Program-made: the position numbers and the translations under genes | Shown here: one piece after another, positions 12,180 through 25,625 of the stretch | How positions within the stretch are numbered: the stretch's first letter is position 1 | Layout of the letters: the number at the start of each line of letters is the position of its first letter | Origin: Eledone cirrhosa | Taxonomy: Eukaryota | Assembly: GCA_964016885.1 (NCBI GenBank) | Contig: OZ024744.1 | Span: 97,588,001 to 97,652,000, forward strand | Direction: 5' to 3' | DNA length: 64,000 bases | The notes under the pieces: model-generated | What the model was told of the DNA's origin: nothing | Database searches by the model: none | What the model saw: only the letters and a program-made list of their open reading frames with translations

Positions 12180-13230
12180 ATCTGTCAACTTCTTAAATAT
12201 CTCCATTTATATTGATCACCCACAAAACAACTTCACTACCTCTGCTTCTTCAATGATTTCTCAATTTTATCTCATCATATCCCACTCATCATACCAGACT
12301 GCCCCCCCCCACCACCCGTACCTTAAAATTCCTCTCTCTCTAGCTGGCACCATCACACCCCCTTGCACTAGACAAGCTTCCTACCCCCCCCCCCCCCCCT
12401 TACAATTCCTCTCTCTCTCTCTGTGTGGCTGACATCCATGATAACCCAGTTTACTCAAGGCTGGTTGCCTCTTACAGTTACTGTCTCAGCTGCCTTTTGT
12501 AGTTGACCAAGACCACTGATAACAACAACAACAACACCACCAACACCACAACACACAATGACCTACCACCACCACCACCACCACCACCACCAACACCACC
12601 ACAACTCACAATGACCTACCACCACCACCACAACTCACAATGACCTACCACCACCACCTACCACCACCACCACCACCTACCACCACCACCACCACCACCA
12701 CAACTCACAATGACCTACCCCCACCCCCACCACCACCACCACAACTCACAATGACCTACCACCACCACCACCACCACCTCCACCAACACTTCAACTCACA
12801 ATGACCTACCCTCACCACCACCACCATCATCACTACCAACCATTCCATCATTAACTGTCTTTCATTTCCCCCTCACCTCTTTCTATCTTGCTGCCAGCTG
12901 TAGAGATCTCTCCAACAGTCCACCCCCCACCCTCACACCTTTCTGCAAAACTTCCTGCTACTCCAATCCAACCCTGCTACCCTACTACCTCTCATATCTC
13001 TCCTGAACAACCTCACACTTCATTCAGATTCAAACACAACCTCCTGGATAAACTTCTTATCTAGAGTTCCTTTGCCCTTCCCAAAACATCCAGCCTGGAT
13101 CCTTTGCTAGCTCCACTTCCATTGCAACCAGTACCTATCCGTTTTGCCTGCTTTGGGCCTACCACTTTACATCCAGTCACATCATGGATCGCCTACACTT
13201 ACATCTGCACAACTGTTATTTACTGCTTTA
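12180..13230 (+). mobile_element. Very degenerate Penelope-like (Neptune-type) RT/GIY-YIG remnant interrupted by a CCA minisatellite
   Basis: Traces QPGSF..HC and AYTYICTTVIYC resemble PGTFPC...FTCxSxNVIYC. Many frameshifts. Confidence 0.35.
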
Positions 13231-13235
13231 ACATC

Positions 13236-14260
13236 TAACATCCTGTACCACATGAAACCACATTAACAAGACGTTCTTGAAAACTACAAAACACTACTAT
13301 GAGTGTATCACATTAACTCTTAACATCCTGTACCACATGAAACCACATTAACAAGACATTCTTGAAAAGTACAGAGCAGTACTATGACTGTATCACATTA
13401 ACTATTAACATCCTGTACCACATGAAACCACATTAACAAGACATTCTTGAAAAGTACAAAACAGTACTATGAGTGTATCACATTAACTCTTAACATCCTG
13501 TACCACATGAAACCACATTAACAAGACATTGTTGAAAAGTACAAAACAGTACTATGACTGTATCACATTAACTGTTAACATCCTGTACCACATGAAACCA
13601 CATTAACAAGACATTGTTGAAATGTACAAAACAGTACTATGACTGTATCACATTAACTCTTAACATCCTGTACCACATGAAACCACATTAACAAGACATT
13701 GTTGAAATGTACAAAACAGTACTATGACTGTATCACATTAACTCTTAACATCCTGTACCACATGAAACCACATTAGCAAGACATTGTTGAAAAGTACAAA
13801 ACAGTACTATGACTGTATCACATTAACTGTTAACATCCTGTACCACATGAAACCACAATAACAAGACATTGTTGAAAAGTACAAAACAGTACTATGACTG
13901 TATCACATTAACTCTTAACATCCTGTACCACATGAAACCACATTAACAAGACATTGTTGAAATGTACAAAACAGTACTATGACTGTATCACATTAACTCT
14001 TAACATCCTGTACCACATGAAACCACATTAACAAGACATTGTTGAAAAGTACAAAACAGTACTATGACTGTATCACATTAACTGTTAACATCCTGTACCA
14101 CATGAAACCACATTAACAAGACATTGTTGAAAAGTACAAAACTGTACTATGACTGTATCACATTAACTCTTAACATCCTGTACCACATGAAAGCACATTT
14201 GCAAGGTCTCCTTGAAAAGTACAAAACAGCACTATGTCTGCATCACATTAAATATTAACA
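13236..14260. repeat. 85-bp tandem array (~12 units)
   Basis: taacatcctgtaccacatgaaaccacattaacaagac recurs at 13321, 13406, 13491 and onward. Confidence 0.95.
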
Positions 14261-15074
14261 ATGCTAGAATGATAAGCCTCCCTTAGGTGAATTGGCAGTA
14301 TCAGTAGAGGGTTGGATGCCATGCGTTCTAACATAGTTACGTCCCTTTACGGTCTGAGTTCAAATCCCGTCAAGGTTAACTTTGCCTTTCATCCTTACGG
14401 GGTTGATAAAATAAAGTACCAGTAATGTACTGGGTAATTGCTGGCCTTGCGCCAAAAGTAGAAACAATTAAATATTAAAGTCTTTACTTTAATACTACAC
14501 ATTTTCACAACACTAGTAAAATATACTATAAACATTTGAATTAACAAAGCAAATTTTCACAACAATCTGTCCACCAGTAAAGATATTATAAACATTTAAA
14601 TTAACAAACCTGATTTTAGATATTTTCTGCTAAATCATTTCAGGATGTTAAGAGGTAACACTACAAATTTTTATAACAGTCTGTCCACCAGTAAAGATAC
14701 TATAAACGTTTGAATTAACAAATCTGATCTTCTGCTTAATCATAATAGAATGATTCAAGGGTTAAATCTTGACTCTGGCCTACTTTACATAAAGGAAATT
14801 TGTTGCAAGTTAACTGATCCTTTTAGAAAATATTTGATGGATTTCCAACAAAACATTAATGGAGTCAAGCTTGCTCTTCTATCAGCTTCAAATGTCAGGC
14901 TACACTCACCTGTACTTCATTGTTTGACCAGAACCTGATACTCTAGTTCTCCAGTTTCACTGTGAATAACATTTGAACTACCATTTAACCTCTTTAGTGC
15001 CATACGATGAGATAACTCATCCTAACATGTATGCATTCCAGTGCCACAGATAAGATAACTCATCCTAATATGTT

Positions 15075-15358
15075 TGAACTCTTTTCCAACAGTTCATAAC
15101 TTCAAAATTATGAACTCGTTTCCAACAGTTCATAACTTCAAAGTTATAAACTCGTTTCCAACAGTTCATAATTTCAAAGTTATAAACTCGTTTCCAACAG
15201 TTCATAATTTCAAAGTTATAAACTCGTTTCCAACAGTTCATAATTTCAAAGTTATAAACTCGTTTCCAACAGTTCATAATTTCAAAGTTATAAACTCGTT
15301 TCCAACAGTTCATAATTTCAAAATTATGAACCCGTTTCCAACAGTTCATAACTTCAAA
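15075..15358. repeat. 36-bp minisatellite (~8 units)
   Basis: Unit ttccaacagttcataatttcaaagttataaactcgt. Source of the 12-aa repeat ORFs on both strands. Confidence 0.95.
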
Positions 15359-16899
15359 GCTAGATGGCGTTACTAGTTTATTGATGTGACATTTGTTAAT
15401 CATTCAGATATGTGTTGTTAATAAATGTTTGTTTATAAAAATAGTCATTTTACTGAAAAAAAAACAAAAAAACGGCACAGCAACTGTAACTGTGTAAAAT
15501 ATACACAGCAGTCAACAGGTTACACACTGCTAGCCCCCTGCTGGTACTAATAATTGATTCAATCCAAACTTAGCTTGAATTTAGTACTGTGTTATCCTAA
15601 AGAATTAGTCTGTAAAAACTTTAAAATTGTGACACTTCAATTTATTTTGACCAAGAATAAACTATCCAAAAGTATATAGGTTTCATTTTTTTTACATGAA
15701 TTTAATCTCCATAAGAGATATTATCTGAATCTATAGCAAAAAAAACAAAACAATATGCATGTATGAATAAATCAATTTCATTCACATTCACTCATTATTG
15801 CTAAAAATAATTATATAAACAGATGTGGAAGAATTAATTAAGCTGTTGTTTGATAATTGCTAAAGCAGTTATTGCCATATCCACCCACCCCCAATGCTTA
15901 CTGTCAACAATTATTAATTAAGTCTTAGTATGCCTTAATTGAATCCTGCTTCCTAACTACTCTTTAAATACATTTACGTTTTTACAGTAGGTGAATTACT
16001 TGAAATATAATAAGGTACTAATGAGCTTGTTACAATGTCTATTTTATAAGTCATTTAGTATTGTGAGAGAGAGAATGGAAGCTTTTTTTTTTTTTTTTTT
16101 TAGATAGCAACAACAAAATCAAGGAATATATCTAGCTTCACCCGGAAGAGCGAATGGTGGTGGGTGGGTTGCATGAAAGGGATATACTCAAAGTGTTTGT
16201 CCACAGGTAGAGAATTCAAACATACAGCAATTTACGAGGAGCAAAGGCTACTACAGAGAGAATAGAGATATAGAAAAGACATGAACCAGATAGAATGAAC
16301 CCAATATACTCTGTAAAGTGGTTGGGGTAGAAACCAAGTCAAACATTTAAAAGGACCCTTCTGTCACGATACAGGACCCTCTTTAGTGTTGATGCCACAA
16401 AAAATACATTCAGTACACCCCAAAAAGGGATTCTACTTGTAGAAATCATGCCAAAAAAAGGGTTAGGAGGACTCTAGTGTTGGTGACAAGATAAAATGCA
16501 CCCAGTACACTCTATAAAGTTGTTGACGTTGAGAAGGGTTTTCAACTGTAGAAACCAAACCAAAATTGAGAGGATACTTCAATCATGACACCACAACTTC
16601 TCTAGTATAGGGTCTATGAAAATACATCTAGTACACTCCGTAAAGTGGTTGGTGTTAAGAAGGGCATCCAGCCATAACAAACCTGCTAAACAAATGGTTG
16701 GGAGGACTCTTCAGCTATGTCAAAGACTAGCACTGATGATGCTATGGTAAAATGCACCCAGTGTAAATGAGATGTGATCTCCCTGCCCACACAAGAGGTT
16801 AGTATTTGTGACTAAGTACTGACTTGATCAGTGACGACCCATCCAATCCCTGCTAGCAGTGTGATGGCGATATTAATAACCAATAAGAGATAAATGTCA

Positions 16900-17400
16900 A
16901 GCATAGAAAGGGGTATGGGTTTCTAGTAATTAAAAGACGTGTGATAACCTAATGTTGTTTGAATTTTGAAGAGAGTCATTAATTATTTAGGAGGGAAATG
17001 TCTCTGTTCAGAAAATGCCAATCCTATTATGAAATTCTATAATGCCTACATATACCCTGGTCATGTAGAAGTATCACTATGATGTACTTAGGAGAAACAA
17101 CCAATGGTAAAGGAGAATGGATTAAGGAGCAATAGCAGGAATTCAAAGACAAGGAAAACTCATTAGTGCTTTACCAACATACTAAACTAGAACATGGGTG
17201 TTCACTTGAAAACATTGAAGGGCAAGTCATATCCACTCACAGGGCTGACACAATGTTCAAACAGATTAAGAAAGCCACCCAAATAGCAGCAATTAAACCA
17301 ATCCTCAATAGAAATTGGAAACGGAATAGCAACAATCTCCCAACTTAATGACTGATAACACATAAGAATAGATACACAGAAATAATAAACCCAAACTCAA
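16900..17400 (+). mobile_element. Degenerate Penelope-like GIY-YIG endonuclease fragment
   Basis: Translates ...SCRSITMMYLGETTNGKGEWIKEQ*..ENSLVLYQHTKLEHG...QIKKATQIAAIKPILNRN, matching YIGET..RxxEH..LxxH..EAxxI..KPxLNR. Confidence 0.6.
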
Positions 17401-18224
17401 TAGAAAGTAGGAATAGAATAATAACAACCCCACTACCTAGCAACAAATGACAAAAATATTACAACACATAGGAATGGACACAGAAGATAGCCAAAGTATA
17501 GCAACAAAGGTAAATAAGTAAGGATATGCTATAGCTGAATGGTGATTACCAGTTTATACACAAATACACCATATATGCAGATAATGGTTAACACACACAG
17601 AAGTAGCAATATATATATAAACATATGTAAAGTGGTCATGTAGGAGTCACAACAAAAAGCACCCAGGACACATTGTAAATGTGGTTGGTGATAGGAAGGG
17701 CATCCAGTTGTAGAAACCAAGCCAGAAACAGTTCCGTATAAGCCAAACACAGTCACATGACCCAACTCACCTAAAATGGGGCAACCTGTCTAACCCATCC
17801 TAGCATGGAAAATGGATGTTAAATGACGATGATGATGTTGATGACGTGCACACCCACACATGCATGTACATACCATACACACACATCACAGAAGAGGGCC
17901 AAAATAGTCATTGAGAAGGTTACAGAATGTGTGACAAAAGAACTTTGACAATTAAATAATCATCCAGTTACTAAACTCATGCTAGCAAGGGTTGAACAGG
18001 TCATCACAGACCACGCCAATACCTAATCGGAGCTGCTGAAATCTCAGGCAAGCTGGGGACTGCATCTTATTCACATACATTTCCACACTCTGCAGAGTGA
18101 ACCAGGTGCATATTATCACCATATCATTGATACTAATGAAACCTCTTCATAATACATATATACATATATATGCATGCACACATGCACACACACACACATA
18201 CATACATACACACATACATACATG

Positions 18225-19447
18225 ATGGCTGCCCCCTCGTCATCGAGTATGGCCATTGCACGATATAACATTATTAATAATTATTAATTAATTCTATCGT
18301 GCAATGCCTGTGCATGAAGATATTTTTTAAAGTGAGGAAAGACTGCTCACTGAGCCAATCCCACTCTCTGAGGACAGTGGCTATAACCCGAAAAGAAGAA
18401 AAGATCAACATCATCGGTAACTACTGAGCCGTAGGTTTTATATCGGAGTTATCCCAGTTTCTTGAGTTGCTTTCTCCTAGAAGAATGCCCTGACAAAGGC
18501 TAGGGGTCCTTCCCTCCCAGTGGTTTAACCGCGTGATCGGGTGTCCAGCCCGACTATTTCTATGTACCCGCGTATATACATACACATGCACCCATGTATA
18601 TACACATATACATACATATGTACATGTGCATATACATATTTACACACTTTCGGATGGCCGTTGACTCTTATGAGTTCTTCCGCCCTTTGTCAGGTTTTTG
18701 TTTTTTTTGTCCAAAATTACCCTCCTCACTAAGTAAACTTGGTGGGGTTGCCGGTTTAGTCGCCGACGACCCGACCACGCGACAGGTTGTACTGGGTTAC
18801 ATGTTACCAGTAGCACTCAAGAGTGACCCGACATACATACATGGTGGCTGCCAACTCATTTTCGAGTACGGCCACTACTTTATATCCATGTAGGAGAACC
18901 CCTACTGATGCGCTGAACGAGTGTGACTTTTTAGTCCAGCCAGCGACTTGAAAACTCTGGTACAAACACTACACTTGTGACAATTATTGACACATAGTGC
19001 TGGGCCCATGGTACCATGTGATGAAAAGTGCAGAGTGATCTCCAGATATAAAGCAATGCCTGTGCCGTAAAGCTTTTATAGTGAGAAAAGGCACTGCACA
19101 AAGCCAGTCCCACTCTCTTAACCAAGATGATATTTACCAAAAAGAAGAACAAGTTAACATCATTGGATACCATCAGGGTTGCAGGTGTTATATCAGAGTT
19201 TTCCTTCTACTAGAATTCTGCCTTGACAAAGGCTAAGGGGTCATCTCTCTCGGTGATTTTGGATGGCTACTGACTCTTAAGAGCTCCTTTGCCCTTTGAC
19301 AGGTCTTGTTTTTAGTCCTGCAGGATGTCCAAAGTCACCCTCCTCACCAAGAAACCGTGGTGAGGTTGCCAGTTTAGTCGCCAACGACCCGACCATGAGA
19401 CAGGTTGTACTGGGATACATGTTACCAGTAGCACCAACTGGTGACCA
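18225..19447. mobile_element. Two diverged tandem copies of an unclassified retroposon (RTE 5' UTR/SINE-like)
   Basis: 18225-18830 and 18843-19447 share tggctgcc..tcgagtaYggcca, ttctcctagaa..gacaaaggcta and gtttagtcgcc.acgacccgacca..gacaggttgtactggg. Further pieces at 39968-40005 and 59595-59660. Confidence 0.6.
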
Positions 19448-19562
19448 TACATACATAGTATTACATACATATATACATAAAAATAACTTGGCAGTGTTTT
19501 TCATTAGAAATATGATAATGAAAGGGTTAAGCTATTCACAAAACTTATATAACAATAATTAC

Positions 19563-19768
19563 CTTGCAATAAGAGCAGCTTCTTCTGATCCAGAATATGG
19601 CAATCGTTCAAAGTGATGCTCTGATCCTGAATCAAATCCCATCTGTGCAGGTGGATCTGGATGTAGTCCCTTGCCCTCGCCTTTGATCCATTCGATGCGT
19701 TTAGCATAGTTGAACAGAGCATATGAATCATCACCATTAGAAGCAATAACTATCTGGAACGAGTTTTT
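19563..19768 (-). CDS. Nid: Nidogen-like gene, internal exon B (NIDO domain core)
   Basis: Acceptor tttttttcacag, donor AG|gtaatt, 206 nt. Translates KNSFQIVIASNGDDSYALFNYAKRIEWIKGEGKGLHPDPPAQMGFDSGSEHHFERLPYSGSEEAALIA, with the NIDO NTFQxVxxSDG..SYALFxY and AQxGF motifs. Confidence 0.92.
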
Positions 19769-21003
19769 CTGTGAAAAAAAATAATAATAATAATTGAAGT
19801 GACAAAAAACAAAGGTTTCATGAAAATAAAACAGGTCATGAGAATATTGATTGACAAAATTTGGTAATTTTTTGTCACTAGAATTGTGTGTGTGTGACAG
19901 CTCAGACTTATGCAGGTTTAGCTGGCCTCCTCCAAGGTATATCTCGTTGGAGGTGTCTTGGGTAATTTAATGATAGGGACCCCAGTCCCTATCATCTCAT
20001 TTCTACAGCTGAGTAAACTGGAGCAACATGAAATAAAATGTCTTGCTCAAGGAAACAACACATCATCCGGTCTGAGAATTGAACTCACAACCTTTCAATT
20101 GCAAGCCCAATACTCTAACCACTAAGCCATGCACCTTCACAATGGTGGATGTCGCTAGAATTACAATACAATGAAAGAACTTTGATACATTATATAATTG
20201 TTTCTACTTTTAGCACAAGGCCAGCAATTATCCCAGTACATTACTGGTACTTTATTTTATCGACCCCGTAAGGATGAAAGGCAAAGTTAACCTAGGCGGG
20301 ATTTGAACTCAGATTTGAACTCTTATTATATAATGTATCAAAAGCACTTTGATACATTATATAATAAGAAGTTGACGGACCCAGCATAGGTATCAATGTT
20401 AGGACCGGTTGCATCTCAGCGTACTCAATAGGTAATGTAAAATACACTCCCAGAGTATACACATAGTTATTCGCTTCAACACACGTAAACGGGTACCTAT
20501 AGTAGTTCCCAAACTCAAGTTTCTGCCACACTTAATGCAGCAGTATGGTGCACTGCACCCTCTGTCTGCATATATTATGCAATAATGTATAATCGGCACA
20601 TGGGGCTTCATCAGCGGGTTTTGCCTAATCAATAACCATTGATCGACAGAATTCGACTGCAGTCCATGCCGGCTATGACTGCTTGTGACGGCCAACACAG
20701 TAAAGTGGGATCTGATACGATGCTGTCCCCGCCCGGCCACCGATTTATAGATTTACATGATGGCAAGAGATTAGAAATTAAATAGTTCTGCTCCTGTCAC
20801 AAGCTCTCAGCCATGTCTCAAACACAAATTAATAAGTTAGTGAATAAATTATATATATATATTTATATTTTTTAACTGTTGGTCAATCAATGATAAACAT
20901 TGATTGCCAGTTAAATTATTTATAAAAATATATAAATATACTGAAGTGAAAACCAATCCGAACAGTGAGTATGTTTTACTATTTTTTGGCAATATTAAGA
21001 CTA

Positions 21004-21871
21004 AGAGGGATTGTACGTTACAAGGGCGACGACGTGCTCGGAGAGACTCTGGGCGTCGAAGACGATGAGCTCACCAGTATGTTTGGTAGGACTTTCCGCC
21101 CGGGACCTATGGACAACTTCCAGAGGTCCCTGGCCTGGCAGTGCTACCGAGGAGCTCTACCGGTTCGTGACAAGATCTACAGGCACGGACGCCCTGGCAG
21201 GGATCCTTCCAAGAGGACGTGTCCAAGATGTGCGCAGGACATTGAAACAGTTCTGCACGCAATTGTACACTGCCCGGGCGTAAGCGACCTGTGGAACTAT
21301 GCAGAACAACTGCTGTCACGTATGGGACAAATACAGTTGACTGCCGAATCCATAGTAAGGATCAAACCGCCAGACTCTTTCAAAAACGAAAGAGAGGCGG
21401 TTTTCCTCTGTACGGTGGCTATGGTGAAAGAAGTTATATGGTGGACGAGGTTGAGAGGACTGAGGACAGATGCCTTTCTCTCCGGACAACAATTGATTCC
21501 ATTCTTTAAGTATCACTTTAGAAGGAGAATCAGGGTGGAGAGAGAGGCACTGCACCCCAGTAAATTTACTGAAAGGTGGGTGAATGAAGCGAAAATGGCC
21601 CGAGTGATTGGGCCTTCTCTGTTTATAAGCCTGTAGGTTGAGGAAGAGAGCAAAAGGAAGAAAGGAGCACTTGCACAACACGCTCCTTGAGTTGAGGGTT
21701 GTTCTATCGACGGGGTATTAAACAACCCATTTGTGGCGCCTCCCCCCTATTGGGGATTTCGATTGTTGAAATTGTTTGTTTTTATATTTTTTACACGACT
21801 GTATGTAAAATCCCCGGCATGTCTTTGTATTGTCCCCTTTCTTGTTGCGCCCTTGTGGCTAATAAAGAAAT
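21004..21871 (+). mobile_element. 5'-truncated L1/Tx1-clade LINE (zf-RVT C-terminus and 3' UTR)
   Basis: Open frame LAWQCYRGALPVR..CPRC..ETVLHAIVHCP..LW ending at 21636, then aataaa. 14-bp TSD caatattaagacta at 20990-21003 and 21872-21885. Confidence 0.88.
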
Positions 21872-21919
21872 CAATATTAAGACTAGTCTTAATGGCATGA
21901 TTAGCCCTTATTTAAATAT

Positions 21920-22280
21920 GTTTTGATGTGCAATGTCAAAGTGCATGAATGACCAAGCATAGACGAATTGAGAGAGAAACTGTGTATAAGAGGGAAAAGT
22001 TGTAGTGCGTGGGAGAGAAGACTGCGTTGGTGTGGACATGTGATGCACATGGAGGATGACCGCTGGGTAAAGAAGTGCCAAGAAATGCCAGTAGAAGGAA
22101 GACGCAGTAGAGGATGACCACAAAAAACATGGGCAGAGGTGGTGAGAGCAGACCTCAAATCGCTGAAGCTCATGGAGGACATGACGAAGGACTGTGATGA
22201 ATGGAGAGATGCTGAATAGGACCTATCCCACCCTTGTAAGCAGGGAAAAGCGGATGTAAAATGAGGATGATGATGATGAT
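21920..22280 (+). mobile_element. RTE LINE 3' fragment
   Basis: RRLRWCGHVM..DDRWVKKC..EGRRSRG, then tail cccacccttgtaagcagggaaaagcggatgtaaaatga(tga)n. Confidence 0.85.
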
Positions 22281-23489
22281 ATATACAAGGTGAGTCATAA
22301 GTAACCGGGAAGTCAATGCATTTTTATCACAGAGTTCACAGAAAACGTTTTGAACATCCACTTATCTGTGTGTGATCAGCCATGGTTATATGTTTTAATT
22401 ACTTAACTACATTAGTTTTACGTACTTATAATTTCATAATGTGTGTGGTTGGTGTTAGGAAGGGCATTCAGATGTAAAACTCTTGGCCAAATTTGCAGTT
22501 CCATCTGAGCAAGGTACAGTGCAGACAATCTGGCCAGACTTGTCTGATGTGGACGACCTATCTAACCCATGCTAGCATGGAAAATAGTCATTAAACAGTG
22601 ATGATGATGATGATGATGATGATGATTATGACAACCAGAATTTTAGTAAATATTATCATTTGAAATATAAATGTTGGTCTGCTCAGTTATTTATGATTCA
22701 CTCTGTGCATCCAGTTCAGAAAAGGTTGATCATGTCCCTGCTTATTGTAAGAGGAGACTAAAAAGGTTGACAACAGGAAAGAAATATAATCTTAAACATT
22801 GTCTCAAAAAAAGAGCCCATGATGAACTTGAAGTCTGTCATGAAGCCCACTTTGTTGTTGCATTGTTGTTATATTAATATCTTCATCATCATCACCATTA
22901 TCAACATCATCATCATCGTTTTATGTTCGTTTTCTATGCTGGCATGGGTTGGATGGGTTGTCACAGTTTTGAGTCCACATAGGTCAGAGAGACCTCATCA
23001 TGCTCATATATTCTTTATTTGGGCATGGTTTCTATGATTGGAGGCCCTTCCTAGTTCCAACCAATTTACAAAGTGTACCAACAGTATTTTATCGAGGCAC
23101 CAACACTACCACTTTACAGGGTGTATTGGATGCATTTTAACATGGTACCAGGACTACCACGTTATGTGTACTGGGTGCATTTCATCATGGTACCAGGACT
23201 ACCACTTTAGGTGTACTTGGTGCATTTTATCATGGTACCAAGACTGCCACTTTACAGGGTGTACTGGGTGCATTTTATTATAGCACCAGCCAAACTGAAA
23301 AGTCCTCTCAAACTCTACATTGTCCCTTGATTGTATATTCAAAATGGTTGTTATGGCAGTAATGATAATAAAAGGAGTTGCTCACTATATTATATAAGCA
23401 ATGCCATTCACTTTAGCTGTTAAAAAAAATACTAGTTCTAATTATAAAATTAGTCAACCAGAATTGAACTCTATCTACTTGTAATTAAT

Positions 23490-23930
23490 AATGATTTCTA
23501 GTATAGACACAAGGCCAGTAATTTGGTGGGAGGGGAAGTCGATTAAATCAACCCCAGTCCATTACTGGTGCTTTATTTTATCGACCCTGTAAGGATGAAA
23601 GGCAAAGTTAACCCCGGTGAGATTTAAACTCAGACCGTAAAGGGCTTTAACTCTATGCTGCAAAGTATGGTGTCCGACTCTCTACCGATACTGTCAATCC
23701 ACTGCCCTTACTTGTAAATAATAATTGTTTCTACTTTGGGCACAAGGCCAGCAATTACCCAGTGCATTACTGGTACTTTATTTTATCAACCCAGTAAGGA
23801 TGAAAGGCAAAGTTAACCTCGGCGGGATTTGAACTCAGACCGTAAAGGGACGTAACTATGCTGGAAAGCATGGCATCCGACCCTCTACCAATGCTGCCAA
23901 TCCACCGCCCTTTTGCCAATCCACTGCCCT
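23490..23930 (-). mobile_element. Head-to-tail SINE A pair
   Basis: Two full copies, with cttgtaaWtaataat repeated at 23478, 23711 and 23929. Confidence 0.8.
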
Positions 23931-23949
23931 TGTAAATAATAATGATAAT

Positions 23950-24340
23950 ATGAGTTGTGTACAGTGCTCAGGTGCACTACAACTCCTCAAAGGTGCATGT
24001 ATAGTACATAGAATTAATGTACAAATGTCAGGAAAGTGAACAGTGTATGAGTCATGATATACACACAGACACATGCATATGTGGGTATGGAGGAGGAATA
24101 TCAGGTGTAGTGTTGGTGAATTTCAGGAATCATGGAGATTTTAAAGGATGCAGTGTCCTGACAGCTAACAACTGATGCAGGTAGTTAGTTCCATGCTTCA
24201 GCAACTCTGAATGTAAAAAAATGTTTCTGAAAGTCATGGGAACTGTGCTGTTTTCTAATTTTATCAGCATGTCTACAGGTGTTAGACACATGGAATTCAA
24301 AAATGTGCTCAGGTAAACATAACTGCTTTTCATGAACAAT
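23950..24340 (-). mobile_element. CR1-type LINE 3' end
   Basis: Reverse complement gives ..FRNIF/FFTFRVAEAWN.LPASVVSCQDTASFK, like the CR1 C-terminal FFSxRVxxxWNxLPxxVV motif. Confidence 0.6.
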
Positions 24341-24397
24341 TTATGCCATTTATTGTAATGTATACCATATATACCAAAAGCCTTCAGTATTTAAAAT

Positions 24398-24585
24398 AAT
24401 TGTTTCTACTTTTGGCACAAGGCCAGCAATTATCCCAGTACATTACTGGTACTTTATTTTATCGACCCCGTAAGGATGAAAGGCAAAGTTAACCTCGGCG
24501 AGATTTGAACTCAGATCATAAAGGGACGTAACTATGCTGGAAAGCATGTCCGACCCTCTACTGATACTGCCAATCCACTGCCCTT
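24398..24585 (-). mobile_element. SINE A with a 16-bp TSD
   Basis: cagtatttaaaataat at 24385-24400 and 24586-24601. Confidence 0.88.
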
Positions 24586-25237
24586 CAGTATTTAAAATAA
24601 TGTTTTAGCTTTAATTTTTTGCATGCTAGTAAATTAACATTCACGCAAATAGACAAATATTGATATTAACCCTTTAGTATTTACATTACTCTATATTTAC
24701 TATTGTATTTTCTCTGGTAAAAGCTTTATTTCACATATTATCTTAGATAATATCGAATCTTTCACTTGGACACTCTGACCTGTCTGTAAGACATATCCTG
24801 AGGTAATGGACACCAAGAACTTTCCAATAACCAGTTTCACCATCATCAACCATTCACTCGTTCTAGTCACACTCACCATACTATCTACCAACTCTACAGA
24901 AATCAAGATATCAACATCATGTACATCTTCCAGATACCATTGCCAGACAAAGTTGTAATTCTGTCCTTGTCTTCTTCTCATCTTTCTTGACCCACCTCCA
25001 TCCATCTTGTTTCCTGCCCACAATATATGTCCACTATTCTTCTATTCAGTACCTCCATCAACTTCTCCCAATCTCCCTGACATCATCCCTTATATAACCA
25101 TCTCCACAAGGGACAACAGGCATTTAGCCATCATAAATGGACTAAAACTCTTCCCTTGTTTCAACTGGGTTTCCCAACCTGAGGGGCTAGGGACTTTCAT
25201 GGGGTACTTCAGACTCTACTCTATTATTATATTCCAC

Positions 25238-25625
25238 AGGGCGGTGGATTGGCAGTATCGGTGGAGGGTCGGTCGCCATGCTTTCCAGCACAGTTACGTC
25301 CCTTTACGATCTGAGTTCAAATCCCGCCGAGGTTGACTTTGCCTTTCATCCTTACGGGGTCGATAGAATAAAGTACCAGTAATGCACTGGGTAATTGCTG
25401 GCCTTGTGCCTAAAGTAGAAACAATTATTTAAGGGCGGTGGATTGGCAGTATCGGTAGAGGGTCGGATGCCATGCTTTGATGCATAGAGTTACGGTCCTT
25501 GCCATTCTGAGTTCAAATCCCGCCAAGGTTAACTTTGCCTTTCATCCTTACGGGGTCGATAAAATAAAGTACCAGTAATGAACTGGGTAATTGCTGGCCC
25601 TGTGCCAAAAGTAGAATCAATTATT
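25238..25625 (+). mobile_element. SINE A dimer within one TSD
   Basis: Two head-to-tail copies flanked by attattatattccaca on both sides. Confidence 0.82.

Noticed and set aside
18720-18830. Possible HDV-like ribozyme on the minus strand (GGUCAC..GUGGUC GG GUCG..CGAC UAA), second copy at 19340-19447
   Set aside because: P1- and P4-like pairings exist, but I could not build a P3/P2 consistent in both copies. An Infernal search would be needed.
19504-19746. ORF-track 80-aa protein
   Set aside because: Wrong frame over the real NIDO exon B.
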